Positions 9,228 through 23,634 are shown, numbered from the whole stretch's first letter. The stretch is 63,111 nucleotides of DNA, filler included, from Choristocarpus tenellus KU-1152 (GCA_964200185.2; 10 parts of 10 records of this genome joined end to end with filler, not necessarily neighbours in it), one strand, 5' to 3'. Made by a program: numbers and translations. The notes: generated by a model from the sequence alone, not told the origin.

Positions 9228-11228
9228 GTGGTTGTTCTTGGGCTTTGCATACTCAGTGCCTACCTCATTCGCAGGAACAAGTTCTACTATTTGCCTGAGT
9301 CGGCGGCTGCAATCCTCGTTGGTGTAGTCGTTGGAGGTATGGCCAAGCTGTTCTACCCGACCAAGGATGAAATGGACTTCCTAAGCTTCAACCCGGTAAG
9401 GGGAACAGACATACGAAGCACCTATAAACTTCGACTGTTCACAGGACCTCAAAGAAACTGGTATACCGGGGAGATCAAGGGCTGAGAGTGGAGGCAAATC
9501 TGGCCAATGATATTGTTGTAGATATATCTCACTCATGACCACATCTTGTCTCAGGGTGTAGGTGAGCTGTGATATCAAGGCCGTTCAGTTTCACCTCAAA
9601 TCACTGTTGCAGAGTGAGTTCATCTGTTCCTGTCCTGCCACTCCCTAGGTCTATTTGCAAACCTTCAGTAGTACATAGACTCTTGATCTTTCATGTCACT
9701 GCTAGTCCATGGGAATCATAGTTACTGTTTCCCCCCTCTTTTTCACTGTGCACCCATCTTCTCATCCCGCCACTTCCAGGAGCTCTTCTATTTCCTCTTC
9801 CTGCCACCCATCATTTTTGAAGCAGGCTACACTCTACGAAAGAAGGACTTCTTCCACAACATTGTGTCCATAGTCTTATTTGCTGTGCTTGGCACACTTG
9901 TCTCCACCTTCCTCATCGGGTATCTCACCTATGTTGCTGGCAGCAAGGTAACCTGATATTGAATTACCCTCATCCTATCTCCATTTGAGGAAATTAACCC
10001 AGCTGTCCTCTCAATTTCCTCCTTTGAAATGACTTCCATTCCCTGTGCTCGTGGCTTGCTTTTGAAATTGCATCCTTTCTGCTGTTCTCCAGAGTACTTG
10101 GCCCTCGTTCTTGAAAACATGACAATAATTGAGTTTGTTGCTTGCATTGCGCTTTGTATGGCGTTTGTGCACCCTTTTTTGCTGTGCCCTGATGTAAACC
10201 ATTTAATTTGCTCTGGCTGTGCAATGTCCGTTGCTTGTATTTATAGCTTCAACTCATCTTCCACCCTTCCACCTTGCTCCTTCCCTCCCCCCACCAGACA
10301 CCACTCCTTGACTTTGTTGATATGTATGTAGTGGAATGCAACTCTCTTGCCCTTTTCTCTCCTTTCCTGCAGGGGTGGGCCAGGATTGACACAGCCAATC
10401 CCATGGAACCTCTCTTGTTTGGAGCTCTGATATCAGCAGTGGACCCTGTGGCAACTCTGTCCATCATGGGGTCGCCTGAACTGAACTGTGATCCTTTGCT
10501 CTATAGGTACTACCTTTATCACCATGTGTGGGTTGAGAGGGAGGGAGTAGGGGTCCAAGTTCATGTCTATTTTTGTGTGCCTCTACTCTTGGGCATGTGC
10601 ATCTTCATGTGCAGGAGTTCAGGATAGCACGCTTGGCAGCTGACATCCTTCCCAATATATCTATATTTATATACCAAGTACATGAGATGAATTATTCAAA
10701 ACTGTACAGATCTGTGAGTGCAATTTACCGTGGTTCATTCAAGTAAAAGGTATACTCCGTGACGCACGCCCCTGACAATCATAGAGGATCCATATAAGGC
10801 ACCTATTTTTCCCCATGATCAAATCTGACTGACCTGCCCCAATCCCCCCCCGAATCTCCAGCCTAGTGTTTGGGGAAAGTGTGTTGAACGATGCGGTGGC
10901 CATTGTACTTTTTCGAACCTTCCTGAGGGAGTACTCAGTGCAGGAAAGCTTCACACTGTCCACCCTGCCGGGCACGATCTGGAGCTTCACCCTAATCTCG
11001 GTGGGGTCACTGACAGTGGGGGTATTGGTGGGACTCTCATGCTCCTTCCTTTGCAAGCACACACGCCTGCGGGATTATCCTAAGTTCGAGATCTCCCTGC
11101 TCTTTCTCTTCTCGTATGGGAGCTATGCCTTTGCCGAAGCTGCAGAGTTGTCTGGAATCATGTCTATTTTCTTTGCTGGGGTTGTGCTGGCACACTACAA
11201 CACCTTCAATCTCTCTCTGACCAGCCAG
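9228..11228 (+). CDS. Na+/H+ exchanger, CPA1 family (NHE8-like), partial at both ends
   Basis: Exons 9228-9395, 9780-9947, 10373-10506, 10862-11228 with GT-AG boundaries. Motifs YLPES, FLPPIIFEAGY, FGALISAVDPVATL, LVFGESVLNDAVAIVLF, ELSGIMSIFFAG. Confidence 0.95.
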
Positions 11229-12264
11229 GTGAGGCAGATGATTCTTCCCTGGAAGAGAAGATGATTTGGTTGTCATGTTTGGGATCTAGTTGTATACCTC
11301 TAGAAATCTTCCAGCATTCTTTGTCCTGTGCTTTTTTTTACACATCTTTTTCGGAATGACAGAGCTTTGGTATTGAGTCTCATTGCAACCAAAAGCAAGG
11401 CCTTCAGCAGGCGTGGCCATCAGCAGGGATGATCTTTGTGATGACTTCTTTGCTATGACATGTGAGGTGTGAGAAGGTGGAATGTGCATCATTTCAGGGT
11501 GGAAGAGTGTCCCTGGTTGGTTGGTACTATATTGATCGGGATCTCGCCTCATAGATGTAGAAGGTAGTCTAGTAACCAATTTGTCAAATAGTACACAAGA
11601 CTCGAGAGAGAGAGAGAGAGAGAGGAAGGAGAGCCCCAATCGGAAGGCCTTTTGTTGTTGTTGTTATTGTTGAAATACTTTTTTTTTTAAATCTGAACTG
11701 CCTGAATCCCTTCCCGTAAAAATGCTTTTTGTGTTGAAACCCTCAAACCGCGACGAGCAAGAACTGTTCTAGTTTCCCCTTCTATTGTACGCGATCGAGA
11801 ATATAAAATATAAACAAGAAGTTCTAGTTGAGGCCTCGTAAGCTTGGAGAAGCTGGGGCAAAACAAAACGCCTTCCACCTGTTGGTGGTTGGTGCAGCGA
11901 GTTTGGAGGGCAACTGGTAAAGTGCACGCCAACCCGTTGACCTTTTTGACACCTCGTCAAAACCTTCTCTTCATTTGGGATTAGCCCGCCCGCCCCGGCC
12001 TCCTGACGCCCCATTGTGTGAAGCCGTTTTGTAGACGAAATGCCCTTGGCGTAGTTTCCCCCCCTCATTTTGTTTGTGCCCCCAACCCCCCCCCCACCCC
12101 CTCCACCCCCCTTCCTCCATTATTGTCAACAAAACCTTTGAAGTTCACTAGCGCTCCCCACCTCNNNNNNNNNNNNNNNNNNNNNNNNNNNNNNNNNNNN
12201 NNNNNNNNTTAATTAATTAANNNNNNNNNNNNNNNNNNNNNNNNNNNNNNNNNNNNNNNNNNNN

Positions 12265-12332
12265 CAAAATCGCAACATGAAAAAATTGACCCCAAATGGA
12301 CAGCCGCTACCGCCTCCCAGATACTTTAAGCC
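12265..12332 (+). mobile_element. MITE family 1, right end (cut by gap)
   Basis: CATGAAAAAATTGACCCCAAATGGACAGCCGC..CCCAGATACTTTAAGCC. Confidence 0.85.
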
Positions 12333-13273
12333 ACTAGATGTACTTCATGAGTTTGACGACACTGGATAGTGTTTTTGAATTTCTATTTTTGATAGTAGTA
12401 TGATTTAGGTATTGGGTGTTATGGTACATATGCATCTGATTGGCTCAAGGGAATACGTGATGGAATTGATATAGTGGACTTAATGTTGAGGAGACATATT
12501 TTGAAGTATTGCTGGAGTGGTCACCGAAACATTGTTACTACTGTTCTTAGTTCAACACTTGGAGGGTTGGATCTTGTTGGGTGTGGTATTTGTGGTGAAA
12601 TGTTTGAAGGACGAACTTTCCGAAGCCAATGTATGTTGGGCTCATAACTATAGCTTAAGTGATATTGTATTGAGAAACATATTGTCGAAGACTGCAGGTT
12701 AACAGAGAGCAGAGGCCTAATGTTGTCACATGCTATGAGAAAACTTTAACTTTGTCATTCCTTGTACACTAAGGTATCCATTGTGTTGCCAAGAGAAAAG
12801 GTTAGGGGTTCCAATGCTTTCCCAACTCCCTACTACAGGAGGATGGAGATAGACTGATGGGGGGGGGATTGAAGTGATGGACTCAAGGGGAGAGGAGAAG
12901 ATTGAGATGATTGCTTGGAGAGTTGTGTGGCTAGAAACGTGCATGAGGGTAGCACCCCAGCATCTGATCCTACAAGAGTATTGAGGTACCACTGCACTGC
13001 TAGTGTAGTTGGTCCCATGATTGGACTGCCTCGGTGTTACAGTGGCATCTCAGTAGTCAAGAAAAACTTAGCCCACCTCTAAATACAGTACCTGAATTTG
13101 ATGACACTTGGTCAACTTGTGGATGATGACTATAAAACAGGAAATAGTGGGTCCTTGACAGGTCTTAACCTTGCTATTTACCTCTCCTGAACCCTAATCC
13201 TGAACCCAATGCAGCAACTAATTACTGTCATTCTAACCCAAACCCTAACCCTAACCCTAACCCATTACAATAG

Positions 13274-13507
13274 GAGAACCACACGGTGGACAAAGTTCCT
13301 AAGTTCTTTGCCCAGCGTGATGTCAATGACTTCACCACAGACACCATTACACGTTGGGCCTGTACTACACGTCAAGTTCTTGAGTGGGCGGCACAAGGGC
13401 TGAGCCCAAGAGATGGAAGTCCGCTCCCTCCTCTAGAGATACCTATGAACCCATCGCCAATTCCTCCCCCTGATATTGATGATGATGGTGGTGGTGACAA
13501 TGATTAG
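13274..13507 (+). CDS. Probable terminal exon of an unidentified gene
   Basis: TAG acceptor at 13271-13273 preceded by (CCCTAA)n; open frame ENHTVDKVPKFFAQRDVNDF..DDDGGGDND then stop. Confidence 0.4.
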   Translation, partial: ENHTVDKVPKFFAQRDVNDFTTDTITRWACTTRQVLEWAAQGLSPRDGSPLPPLEIPMNPSPIPPPDIDDDGGGDND

Positions 13508-14557
13508 CTCGGGTGAGGTTGTAGACAACAGAACAAGAGAGATGAGTTAGAGGCAGAAAGGGGTGGCACAATTAGGAAGAAAAAAAGGGTCATCGTGGTT
13601 GTGTAATGGCTTTTGTGTGCATGAAGGGAAGGTATTAGGTGGAACTAGATGTGACGTTGTTGGCATTATTCACACAGGGAGTATTCATGTATGGACATGG
13701 AATTGGTATGTTGGCTAACAATCAGTCAAGAATACAAGTCCATTACTAACACTCTGGTCGATCCCTTAAATGGACTCTTTATTGCGTTTAAGTTTTTTTA
13801 TTGTGTATGCCTTTTTTCGTTTTTTTATTGTGCTCACTTCTCGTAGTCATCATACTATGTTTTGAGATAGTTTGTCCTGGTTTGTTGATCCGGTGTGCTG
13901 TGGCACCCGAGAGATTTAGTTGTTCCACTTTTGTTGTAAATTCTTGACTTATGTATTTTTTGCTCATACTTCGAATTTGGTGTTTTTTTTGTCTTTTATT
14001 TCCATCACTGTTTGCGTTGAGGGTATGTATGCCAATGCCCCTTGAGAATGTTCCCCTTAAAAGAGGAGCTCTACAGTTACATTGTAGTTGGAAGAAAACA
14101 GAGCTGCTCTCAAGGAAATGATTGGAAATACCTCTTGTATTTGGCATTGTCTGGATGTTATCATTGGAGTTTGTTGTCTCTTCTTTTTTGTGTATGGAGG
14201 AATAAGAGGAGGGAAGACAAGAGATTACAAGTCTGTGACGATAATAGTCCACTCCGATACAGAAAATAATTATATTGTTTAAACGTGAGATGTGTGTTCA
14301 GTTCTTGTGACATTGCTTCATCCTGTAGAAAATGCAGTCGGAGGAGGTGCATAATCATATGCTTCTATTTGTGGAAAACTCAATGCTGTAGGAATTGGCA
14401 GTGTTGGGCACGGGAGTTGGGTGCAGCGGTTCCTTTTCCAGTGTTTACGTCATGTGTCTCAATAGTAGAGTCTCAAGTCCTTCCACTTTGAGCATCTGAA
14501 TCTTAGCATACATACAGCATGTATCATAGTTAGAGGTCAAAATCAGGCGTGTATGCC

Positions 14558-14639
14558 AACCAAATCACCCAAAAATCGCGACATGAAAAAATTGACCCCA
14601 AATGGACAGCCGCCACCCCCCCCCCAGATACTTTGAGCC
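14558..14639 (+). mobile_element. MITE family 1, 5'-truncated copy
   Basis: AACCAAATCACCCAAAAATCGCGACATGAAAAAATTGACCCCAAATGGACAGCCGCCAC(n)AGATACTTTGAGCC. Confidence 0.85.
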
Positions 14640-15247
14640 AGTCGTATCCGTCTATTTGGTGCAAATCGGTCATAGGGTTGAATCGAGAGTGATGCGATTC
14701 AACTGTCTGATTCCTGAACAGGGTGTACCATCACATTGTAAATGAGTTGATGTGTGATGTGTGTAGAATACAATATCAATTATTGTGGTATGTGTTCGAA
14801 GGCATTTGGGATGTTCGTTTATATCTTAGCGGAATTTTCTTAGAGGACTAGTTCTGGGATGAAGTCCACATACATGTTTGAGACGTTTATTCTACATTGT
14901 ATTTTTATTATGCCCTCCATATAAATTCTATATCGTGGTGGAGTTTTTTTGGAAACATCATTAGTGCTTCAATTTAGTGATTCTAGAAACAACAGGTATT
15001 AAACCAAATCCCGCAATGCATAATAATATTGCTCTTCTCTTTTCAAATGTCTCATCTCGTTCACCCAAGTGTAATCGTGTGAGGGTCCCATTGTTGAAGA
15101 ACTTGGCGCATGTAAAGGCTCGTTGCCCAAAGCTGGTAGTTGAGTTACATGGCAAGCATACATTGAATAATTAATTGCCCGCCAGGTGTCCAAAACTGGC
15201 TCATCGTAACGTTGCTTATCATAACGTTTGCAGTTTACGACTGGTAT

Positions 15248-15305
15248 TCTATTATTGTGCCCTCTGACATTTTGGGGAGATGTGTCAGGGGGGAAACAAA
15301 GGGAA
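15248..15305 (+). repeat. Dispersed repeat family 3 core (also 41175-41235 on + and 51700-51760 on -)
   Basis: Shared TATTA..GCCCTCTGACATTTT..AGAT..GTCAG(A/G)GG..AAA with an internal CCTCTGAC/GTCAGRGG inverted repeat. Confidence 0.65.
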
Positions 15306-15981
15306 AGTTTACGAAGTAATCTGAGTTTTGAGGGCGGAAGAATTCTGGTTGGTTGGGGGCATGGGGCAAGGAAGGGGACAGTAAAGAAATAAAAGTATCA
15401 AGGAGGGAAAGAAGAGTTAAAGATTGAGCGGTTAAGAAAATAGGTGGCAGACGGAGGCACAAGGGGAGAAGGAATGAATAGTATTCATTCGAAGAGAAAA
15501 CCTGAGGCTGGGGGACAAGACGAGGGGGGCTAGATCAAGAGGACCCCTGAGCAAGCTTTCCTGCCCACCCGCCCTGTCGCTTGCTCACAACCGACTTGGA
15601 TCTTAGGGTGGGAGGGGAGGTCGAGCTCAGGCGGGATAGATGTCTTCTAGCTCAAAGGTACAGTATGAAGGGGATGATGAAGGGGGGTTCTTGGATGATT
15701 GTGGAGTGATGTTGAATGGTGTGGTGGAGTGGTAACTGGGGTGGGGTTGACTGGGGTTGAATAGGGTTGAAAGGGTTAGGGTGGTAGAGACCGGAAATCA
15801 GTGGCGAAAGGGGTCGCCCTGGTTGGTCATCGGATGGGGGGGGGACTGGGAAACCGGGGGGGAGGGGGGTGGCTGGGCTGGNNNNNNNNNNNNNNNNNNN
15901 NNNNNNNNNNNNNNNNNNNNNNNNNTTAATTAATTAANNNNNNNNNNNNNNNNNNNNNNNNNNNNNNNNNNNNNNNNNNNN

Positions 15982-18900
15982 GTGTCAACCCTGCTTGAGG
16001 CAGAGGAACTCAGTTTGGAGGCCTGCAGGGCTGTGGTGTTAGATGAGGTCAGCCCACACATACTGGTTAGGGTTAGGGTATATTTAGTGTTGTGAATCTT
16101 AGGTTCAATTTTCTCACTACCATTTTATTCATCAATTTGCAGTCAATCCAAACCGAAAATTGAGGAATGGTTCTTGATTGGTCGTTTTTTTGTGTAACTG
16201 TGTGTTGCCCACAGAACTCGGCAATTCTCACACAAATAAAAATAATATTAAGAACAATAAAAAGCATGACACGCTGAACTTTATTAAGAACAATATTTTT
16301 TAATTAAAAAAAATGTACACTTCGATTGTACTCAAAACTGCACATTCAGTTTTTTTTTAGTCTATTGAACTTGACTCAAAACAATAATTTTTAATTAAAA
16401 AAAATGTACACTTCGATTGTACTCAAAACAATACCAACACTGTGATTGGTTCACTGCAATGTACAATTCTATCACTCTTTGGTTTACTTTTTGTTTATTG
16501 TTTTGTTCCTAAAGGCTAATCCTAACCCTATCCCATAAAACTAACCCTGCTTTGTCAAGTGTCTCTACATTATTGATATTAGGGTTAGGGACGTTAGTGA
16601 ATTAGTTATTGAGTAGGACTTGGATGTTTGTCATTTTTATTTGTGGAGTATGTTGCTGAAGATTCTCATGTGACCTAAGAAGGTACATCTCTTCTGTGAT
16701 AAGAACTTTAATTTACTTTAGTGATGTTGGGGTTATCTGTTGTACTTTGTGTTTAGGTCTATTTGACAGTCATTCCGTTGATAGAAGTAGCATGTGATTT
16801 ATTTATCTTGATCGTTTTTGCTTTATGGTGATAGCAAATCAATACTTTGATGATATATATTATTAGTAGTCAAGTGATACTTTATAATAGTAAGAATAGT
16901 TAATATTTTGTGGCTTATTGTTGGGTGATGGAATCTTGTGTCTGAGGGAAGCTAGTTTGCAATGTATTCACTTTGGTTTTATTATTACTAAAAATACTAA
17001 AATATTATAGTATTATACACATGACATATGCTAAGTATATTGCTTCTGGTTGTTTGGGCTCTGGAATGAGATGTTTTTTTTCCAGATGGATAATTGAAGT
17101 TCTTAGGGTTAGGGTTAGGGTTAGGGCTAGGATTATCAGGAATTGCGCTGTACCTTCCACACACAGTCTGGTATTTATATATCATGAACTACAGGTCACT
17201 TGAAATTTAATATGATCCTGATGTGGCTTGCTTGTCATGTTTTTTTTTTAAATGCTGTCATCTTTTTTGCGAGGTGTTAGGGTTAGGGTCGTGAGTGGAA
17301 ACAAGTTTCAATAGTTGCAGCTTTCATCAACAAGTTTCATCAACAGTTTCATCCTTCCTGTCTACAAATTTTGTGTTGATTTTTTTTATTTACAGCTGTT
17401 CATAAGAGTAGTAAGACTGTTTTATTTCGTGATCCACCATATCAACAAAATCAATGTAGTCATTATCATGTGATGAACATAATCTATTATTTGTAGATGC
17501 CTCCATATTTTTTACACAAGTCATCATTGCAGGGAGGATTCTCTGAGAATGTACTGGGTACTATGAATTGGAGGTACTGAAGATAGTGGTATTAATTGCA
17601 GTAGGTTAGTGTGCTTTATAATGTCTGTTGGTTCAAATTAATTGTATGCAGGTAGGTGAGAAGTGTCCTGAGGGGTCAAATTTGGTCAAGTCAATAGTTA
17701 ATTGATAGAATCACAATATAGTATTAGTAATGATATTGATATTATTAGTGTTGATAATTTGATATTATAATTGGCAGTCTTCTCAAAGTATTAGTATTTT
17801 ATTAGTTCTGTTATAATGTTATAAACTGTTAATATTTGTCACTTGAGAGGATCATTCCAGATATTTGAAGATGCTATCATGGCTTGATTTCATAATTGTA
17901 TGTATGTTCATGTAGGTGGATGTACTCTTCATGGATGAAACCTTCAAGCTGGCTCCCATTGGAACCTGTGCACCAGAGGACACTCAGTTCATCTTTGTCA
18001 CAGCCACACTTCCTCAGGTAGGTACTATGTCAACAGTACTTGGTACTATTAGTACTATAGTACTATTTACTTCAATTTTATACCAACATGTACTTAGTGG
18101 TATCTATGTACTCATGTGCAGTATGTGTAGTACATGGCAAATCACCCCCATACTTAGCTAGTTAGTTGCATGCATACATTAAGAATATTCTTATTTTGCA
18201 GAGTACATTGTATGATCATGTTCTCCCTAACCCTAGCCCTAAGTATGAAATATTCTGAACAACTGCTCATATTGAATATACAAAATACTTGTTTCATGTT
18301 TTTGAAGGAAGATGTTGACACCCACTCAGTAGATAGATTTCCTTACAATGTAATAATTATAGTAATACAAGTACCTTATTCCTATCCCATTCACTATCTT
18401 CATCCCTTCATCTACACTCTATGTTGATATCTACCTTGAGTGTGTGCCTATTTGTGTAAATACGTACTATTTATGGAGCATGTATTGTTTTACCATCATG
18501 ATCATCTTCATCTTCACCTCCATCTTTGTGTCTATGTTTATCAAGGGCGTTTCGGACATGGTCAAGAATGAGTTTCCTGGGGTGAAATTCTTACTTGGAC
18601 CTGGATTGCACAGAGTAGCACCAGGTGTGGAAGAGGTGAGATACATTGTACCCATTACCGAAGTCATACTATTGATACTATATTCACTATCATAATTTAT
18701 ATTACTATTATTAGTAAATTAAGAATTATTGGAAGTGTAAAATGGTACCTTACATTGTGCTTTCATATGTTGTAGTAGGTCTTAAGGACTATCGGTTCAC
18801 ACATTGCTGCAGCTTGGAGTTAGTATTTTGATACAGCTTTGTGTCCCTGCTCTGATGTGTGTAATACCTGTCTCTCATCTGTGGACCATCTAACTGTCTG

Positions 18901-21900
18901 AGAGACAGGACACACCAATGGAGGATTGGTTGTACTCATCCTTAATTTAGTAATTACTACTGTTACTCTTATACTTAACTATTACTATTGTACCCAACTA
19001 TTACTATTGTACCTAACTATTACTATTATACCTAACTATTACTATTGTACCTAACTATTACTATTGTACCTAACTATTACTATTGTACCTAACTAATACT
19101 ATTATACCTAACAATGACTATTGTACCTAACAATTACTATTGTACCTAACTATTACTATTATACCTAACTATTTACTATTGGCCACTGAACCATGGTATT
19201 TATGTCGTACTTATGGTACTCATGGTGTATGTGCTGTGTGCTGTGTTTGTGTTGTACTGTCTGAGATGTCAGTGTGAAGAGTCACCTGTTTGCAAGAACA
19301 TTTTGTTTGATTGACTTTCTGGAAGGGGAAGGGGAATGTACGATTAGGTCAATACGTTAAACTTTTTTTTTTCGACATGTTAAAAAAAATATATATTATA
19401 TATATTTAGTGACACACCACACCACACCAAACCAAACCAAACCAATACTTTGAAAAATACAAGGTATTCAATTGAAAAATGGACATGGGCATAGACATAG
19501 AGAGAGATAAGTGAAAAAGTCTGTGAACCAACACTTCATTTTCTTCCACCTCCTCAAGGAATTATTGTATGGGTATGTCTAATGGTATGGTATGGTCTGA
19601 CTTTTTTGTGAACAATATAGTGGCCTCCATTGTGTCATAGAAGGTAGTGAAGAAATCGATTATTCTATAATCATATTATCATATTCACAATTGCACCTTG
19701 TTTATTACATCCCACCCCACCCCCTTCCGATCTCACAAGCACTGTGTTACTTAACTACTCTGGAGTATGTGTTAGCAGTGTTGATATCATGTGTAATATT
19801 AATTATTGTATTAATATTATAGTGTTAGTAGTGTTGATATTATTTACAGTGTTCGTTCATTATATACCCCTATTGCTTATCACAAGACACTTTACCATTG
19901 GGGGTTTTATTTAATAATGTACACTATTTTGTAATTAATGAAAGAAGCATTCTCCCCTCCAAACCCCAAGGTGCTTATTGATTGCAGTGGACCTCCCGAT
20001 GAATCCAAGAATGAAGAGACTGGCTTGGCAAGAAAGAGAGATGCGATGCTGTCTCAACTGAGACGGAGGAATGCCCTGAGAACTCTAATCTTTTGTAACA
20101 CCATAAACAACTGTAGACAGGTAATCTATTTTTTATTTGACTGTGGTATTGTACTGTATTGAGTATGGGATACTATCTGTCACAGTAGTATTGTGTGATG
20201 CTTTTGCACTGTGAGAAATGTCTTGTGCTTTTGGTTTGGTTGAATGCAGTTGTTTTTGGTTATATCCAGGTTACCCCTTGTACCCAGAGCACACTACACA
20301 TTAGGTGTGCAGTGAATGTACTCTACAATACATGCACTGGACAGTAGTAGCACTAATATTGTCGTACTTCCAGACAGTAATATTGTTGTACTTGACACTA
20401 TGACACTAACATGCAGTTGAGAAGATGGTGTAAATTATGTTGGTTGCAAAGTGTAATATTTTCAAGGTTAGGGATACCTATATTTATTTAAAGCCATGAT
20501 GATAGGAGCTAACTCCAGAACGATTAAACTCTTGATGCTATTTTGGAGTGGTTATAATCATAATAGTAATAGTAATAGTAATAATTTTGTCATTTATACC
20601 CTAACCCTAAGCTTTTTGACTTTGTTGTATTGCCTTAACAAGTTCACAATGGCACTGTGGTGTCAACCTCTATAAAAAGTAATAATATTACAGTAATTTG
20701 GAGGAGATGAGCAAGGTTGCATGATGAAGATATCTTCTTAGGTCATTGTGAGTACTAGAGTGCTTTCAACAGTTCAAAGCCTATTCTGTAGGTGAAAGTG
20801 TTGGGTGTGGTAATAATAATAATAATCATGATGATGATGACAGTAACAAATAATCATAATTATAATAACTAATCCTATGTCCCCCATGCCATCTAATGAT
20901 TGCCTTCCCCTTGTGTGCACAACATACCTGATTCATCATGAACTAACCCTAACCCTAACCTGTATCTCCTCATTTCTCTAATCTTAAAGTATACCACACC
21001 TGAGATTGATTCATATACATATATATACATATACATACATACATATATTTATATTTACGTTATTAATGTGTCTGTAACACATTACTTTCATTACATTACT
21101 GTCATGTCATTATCAGGTAGAGAACATTCTTAGAAGGGCTGATCGCCAAGGACTCAAATTCCAGACTCTGGCCTACCACTCTGCCATAGATCCCAAACAG
21201 GCCAATGAGAACTTGAAGCAGTTCATGCGATCCAATGCAATCAGCCCTTTGGTGATGGTTTGCACAGACCGTTCCTCTAGGGGTATGGATTTTGATAGAG
21301 CAGAGGTGAGCAACCAAACCTAACCCTAGTCGAATCTCAATGAGTACCTATAATATACCCATGTGATATACACAACACGTAACATTTATTTATATATATT
21401 GTGTGTGTGACATATCATACCACGTGGAAGGAAGTCTGATACTATAGTAATGCATTGCTGGGTATCTGGACCGCTGGACTGGCTCCATTCTCAGTATATC
21501 ATACTAGTTTGTTGGAGTTAGGGTTACTGTCATTGATGCAGTTGTATGCAGGGAGGGGGTTGCTTGATGACGTTTTAAATTGTGTGTTCTTATGTACATG
21601 GTACTTGAGATTATAGTACTGTAAGATTGTAGTATTGTTAGTACCAGGAACAGAGTACACCATTGGTACAGAGTGCAACCTAGGATGTAGCTTAATCTTG
21701 CATAGACTGTGCTGACAAAAAACTGACAATAAACTTCATGGCTGTATCTTTTCATATATATTTGGATGTGTTTGTAAGCAGGAAGGAGGCTATGTAGCTG
21801 TCCTAAGTACAGCAGATGCCTGTTGAGTCTTGAAGCCATTAGTGTTGTATCGTGTGATCGACTTTGTGCTTATATTGTGGCAAATTTGTAGTGTGAGTAG

Positions 21901-23634
21901 TGGTGTAAATTTTGCAATGGACTAGTTGTACTCTATGTATACCTATGTGTTGCATCATGTTGGATTTGTCGCTGCAGGTCTAGTGGGCAGGGGTTACGTT
22001 GCTGTTGTATTAGGAGACAGATTGAGGTTTTCTGATTGGAGACTATTTCACTTTCATTTCCATTTTTATCAAAATAACTTTGTTTCACAAGCCTACTGAG
22101 GGAAGAGTCCTCTAGACCAAGAGTGATTATAAAATCTACATTATTTTTATTCTTATTTCTATTATTATTATTGTCTCATCAGTGTGAGGGTTATAGGGTT
22201 AGGGTCTGTGGTCTAGAGGTGGTAGAGAAGCAATAAACAAAAAAAAGAATAAATTTAGATGAAGTATTGGTAGAAGAAGTGTGAGGAGAAAAGCAGCAGA
22301 GACACGGACATAACCACTAGGACCCACAAGGGAGCAGAACACCATTGATGCTGTCAGGAGGATGGTAAACACTCTCTACATAGACAGAAATCATGGATCA
22401 ATATTATTGTTCGTATTTGTAGTAGTAGTAGTGGTAGTAGCAGTAGCAGTAGTGGTGGTGGTGGTGGTGGTAGTAGTGGTAGTAGTGGTCGTGGTATTGC
22501 TTTGAGGTTGGTCAAGTGTTTCTGCAATCTCCTGAAGCACCAGCAGAGTCAAGGCATTGAGGAGGGTAGGGCCGTGTCTGTTTGGGATCCAAATCCAACG
22601 ACACAACGTTGATTTGTTTTGATTATCATGTTTGTTAGTAAGTGTCAACACCCTTGCTCCGGACACACCTTTCATAGTCATACACATTTTACCTACTATT
22701 ACCTACTCCTAAATTCAATATGTTCACACAGAAAACCAAAAAAGGGCATAATAAACCCGTGGGAAGCCAAGCCCCAAACGAACAAGGACGGAAAAACTCC
22801 TACCCTCTTCAATGCTTTGGCTCAGCTGCACCTTGAATTGTCATGGTGATATCTCAACAAAATAGGAGTAGCAGATGGATGCTTGATGATCATTGATTAC
22901 TTGGTTTGGTCGTTGTTTGCAGGTGGATCATGTCCTGCTCTTTGACTTCCCCAGAGACCCTATTGAGTACATGCGTAGGGTGGGTCGAACAGCAAGGGCA
23001 GGTCGGAAGGGTGCTGTCACAGTCTTGGCCTGGGGACGACAGGTGAAAGCTTGTTTATTTTTATGCAGTGTCCTGTTTGAGATTATTACCTGACCGATTT
23101 TTCTCCTTTTCTGTTTTATTTTATTTTATGTAATGCAACCAAGAAAATAACAAAATGTCTTTGTGCATACAACAGTACTTTGGATTGTTTTGATTTATTG
23201 ACGCAAGAGGCCAATGTTCTGTTTATACTCCCCTTTCAAAGGTTTCTCCACTTTTTTTTGTGAATATTCCAACGGAATAGAATAGAAACGCCTGTGCTGG
23301 CTCTGTTGCACCTCCTATCTTATCTTATCTTATCTCAATAATGCCTTTTTTTCAACTTTGCACCCATTCTCTATGGGTTTGGAGAGGAATCAATGAGTTG
23401 TTTACAATGCTCATAGACTCATTACACCCTGCATTACCTCAGTCTCTATTGTCTGTCAGTGGCTTCATTCATCAAGGAATCTCAAATAGTCCAACTTGCC
23501 CTCCCCTGTACCCCTGCTTGTTTGCGTTTGTGGTATGTCCATGTGTATGGTTGTGGTCGTCCTAGGTGCCTTTGGTGAGAGAGATCATGGCTGGAAACAA
23601 AAGGGGAAAGCGTCTCATCAACCTCGAAGATTAG
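15982..23634 (+). CDS. DEAD-box RNA helicase (RH50/DDX28-like organellar type), 5'-partial
   Basis: Exons 15982-16047, 17916-18017, 18546-18635, 19971-20120, 21117-21305, 22923-23042, 23566-23634. Motifs VVLDE|[37 protein letters not shown]; stop TAG at 23632-23634. Confidence 0.93.
18955..19180 (+). repeat. Intronic minisatellite, 19-bp unit ACTATTACTATTGTACCTA, about 11 copies
   Basis: Tandem units read directly, with minor variants and no unique spacers. Confidence 0.9.
22414..22497 (+). repeat. Compound (GTA/GTG/GCA)n trinucleotide microsatellite, intronic
   Basis: Read directly. Confidence 0.9.

Noticed and set aside
18955-19180. CRISPR-like regular repeats
   Set aside because: Head-to-tail 19-bp units with no unique spacers, inside a eukaryotic intron, and no cas genes.
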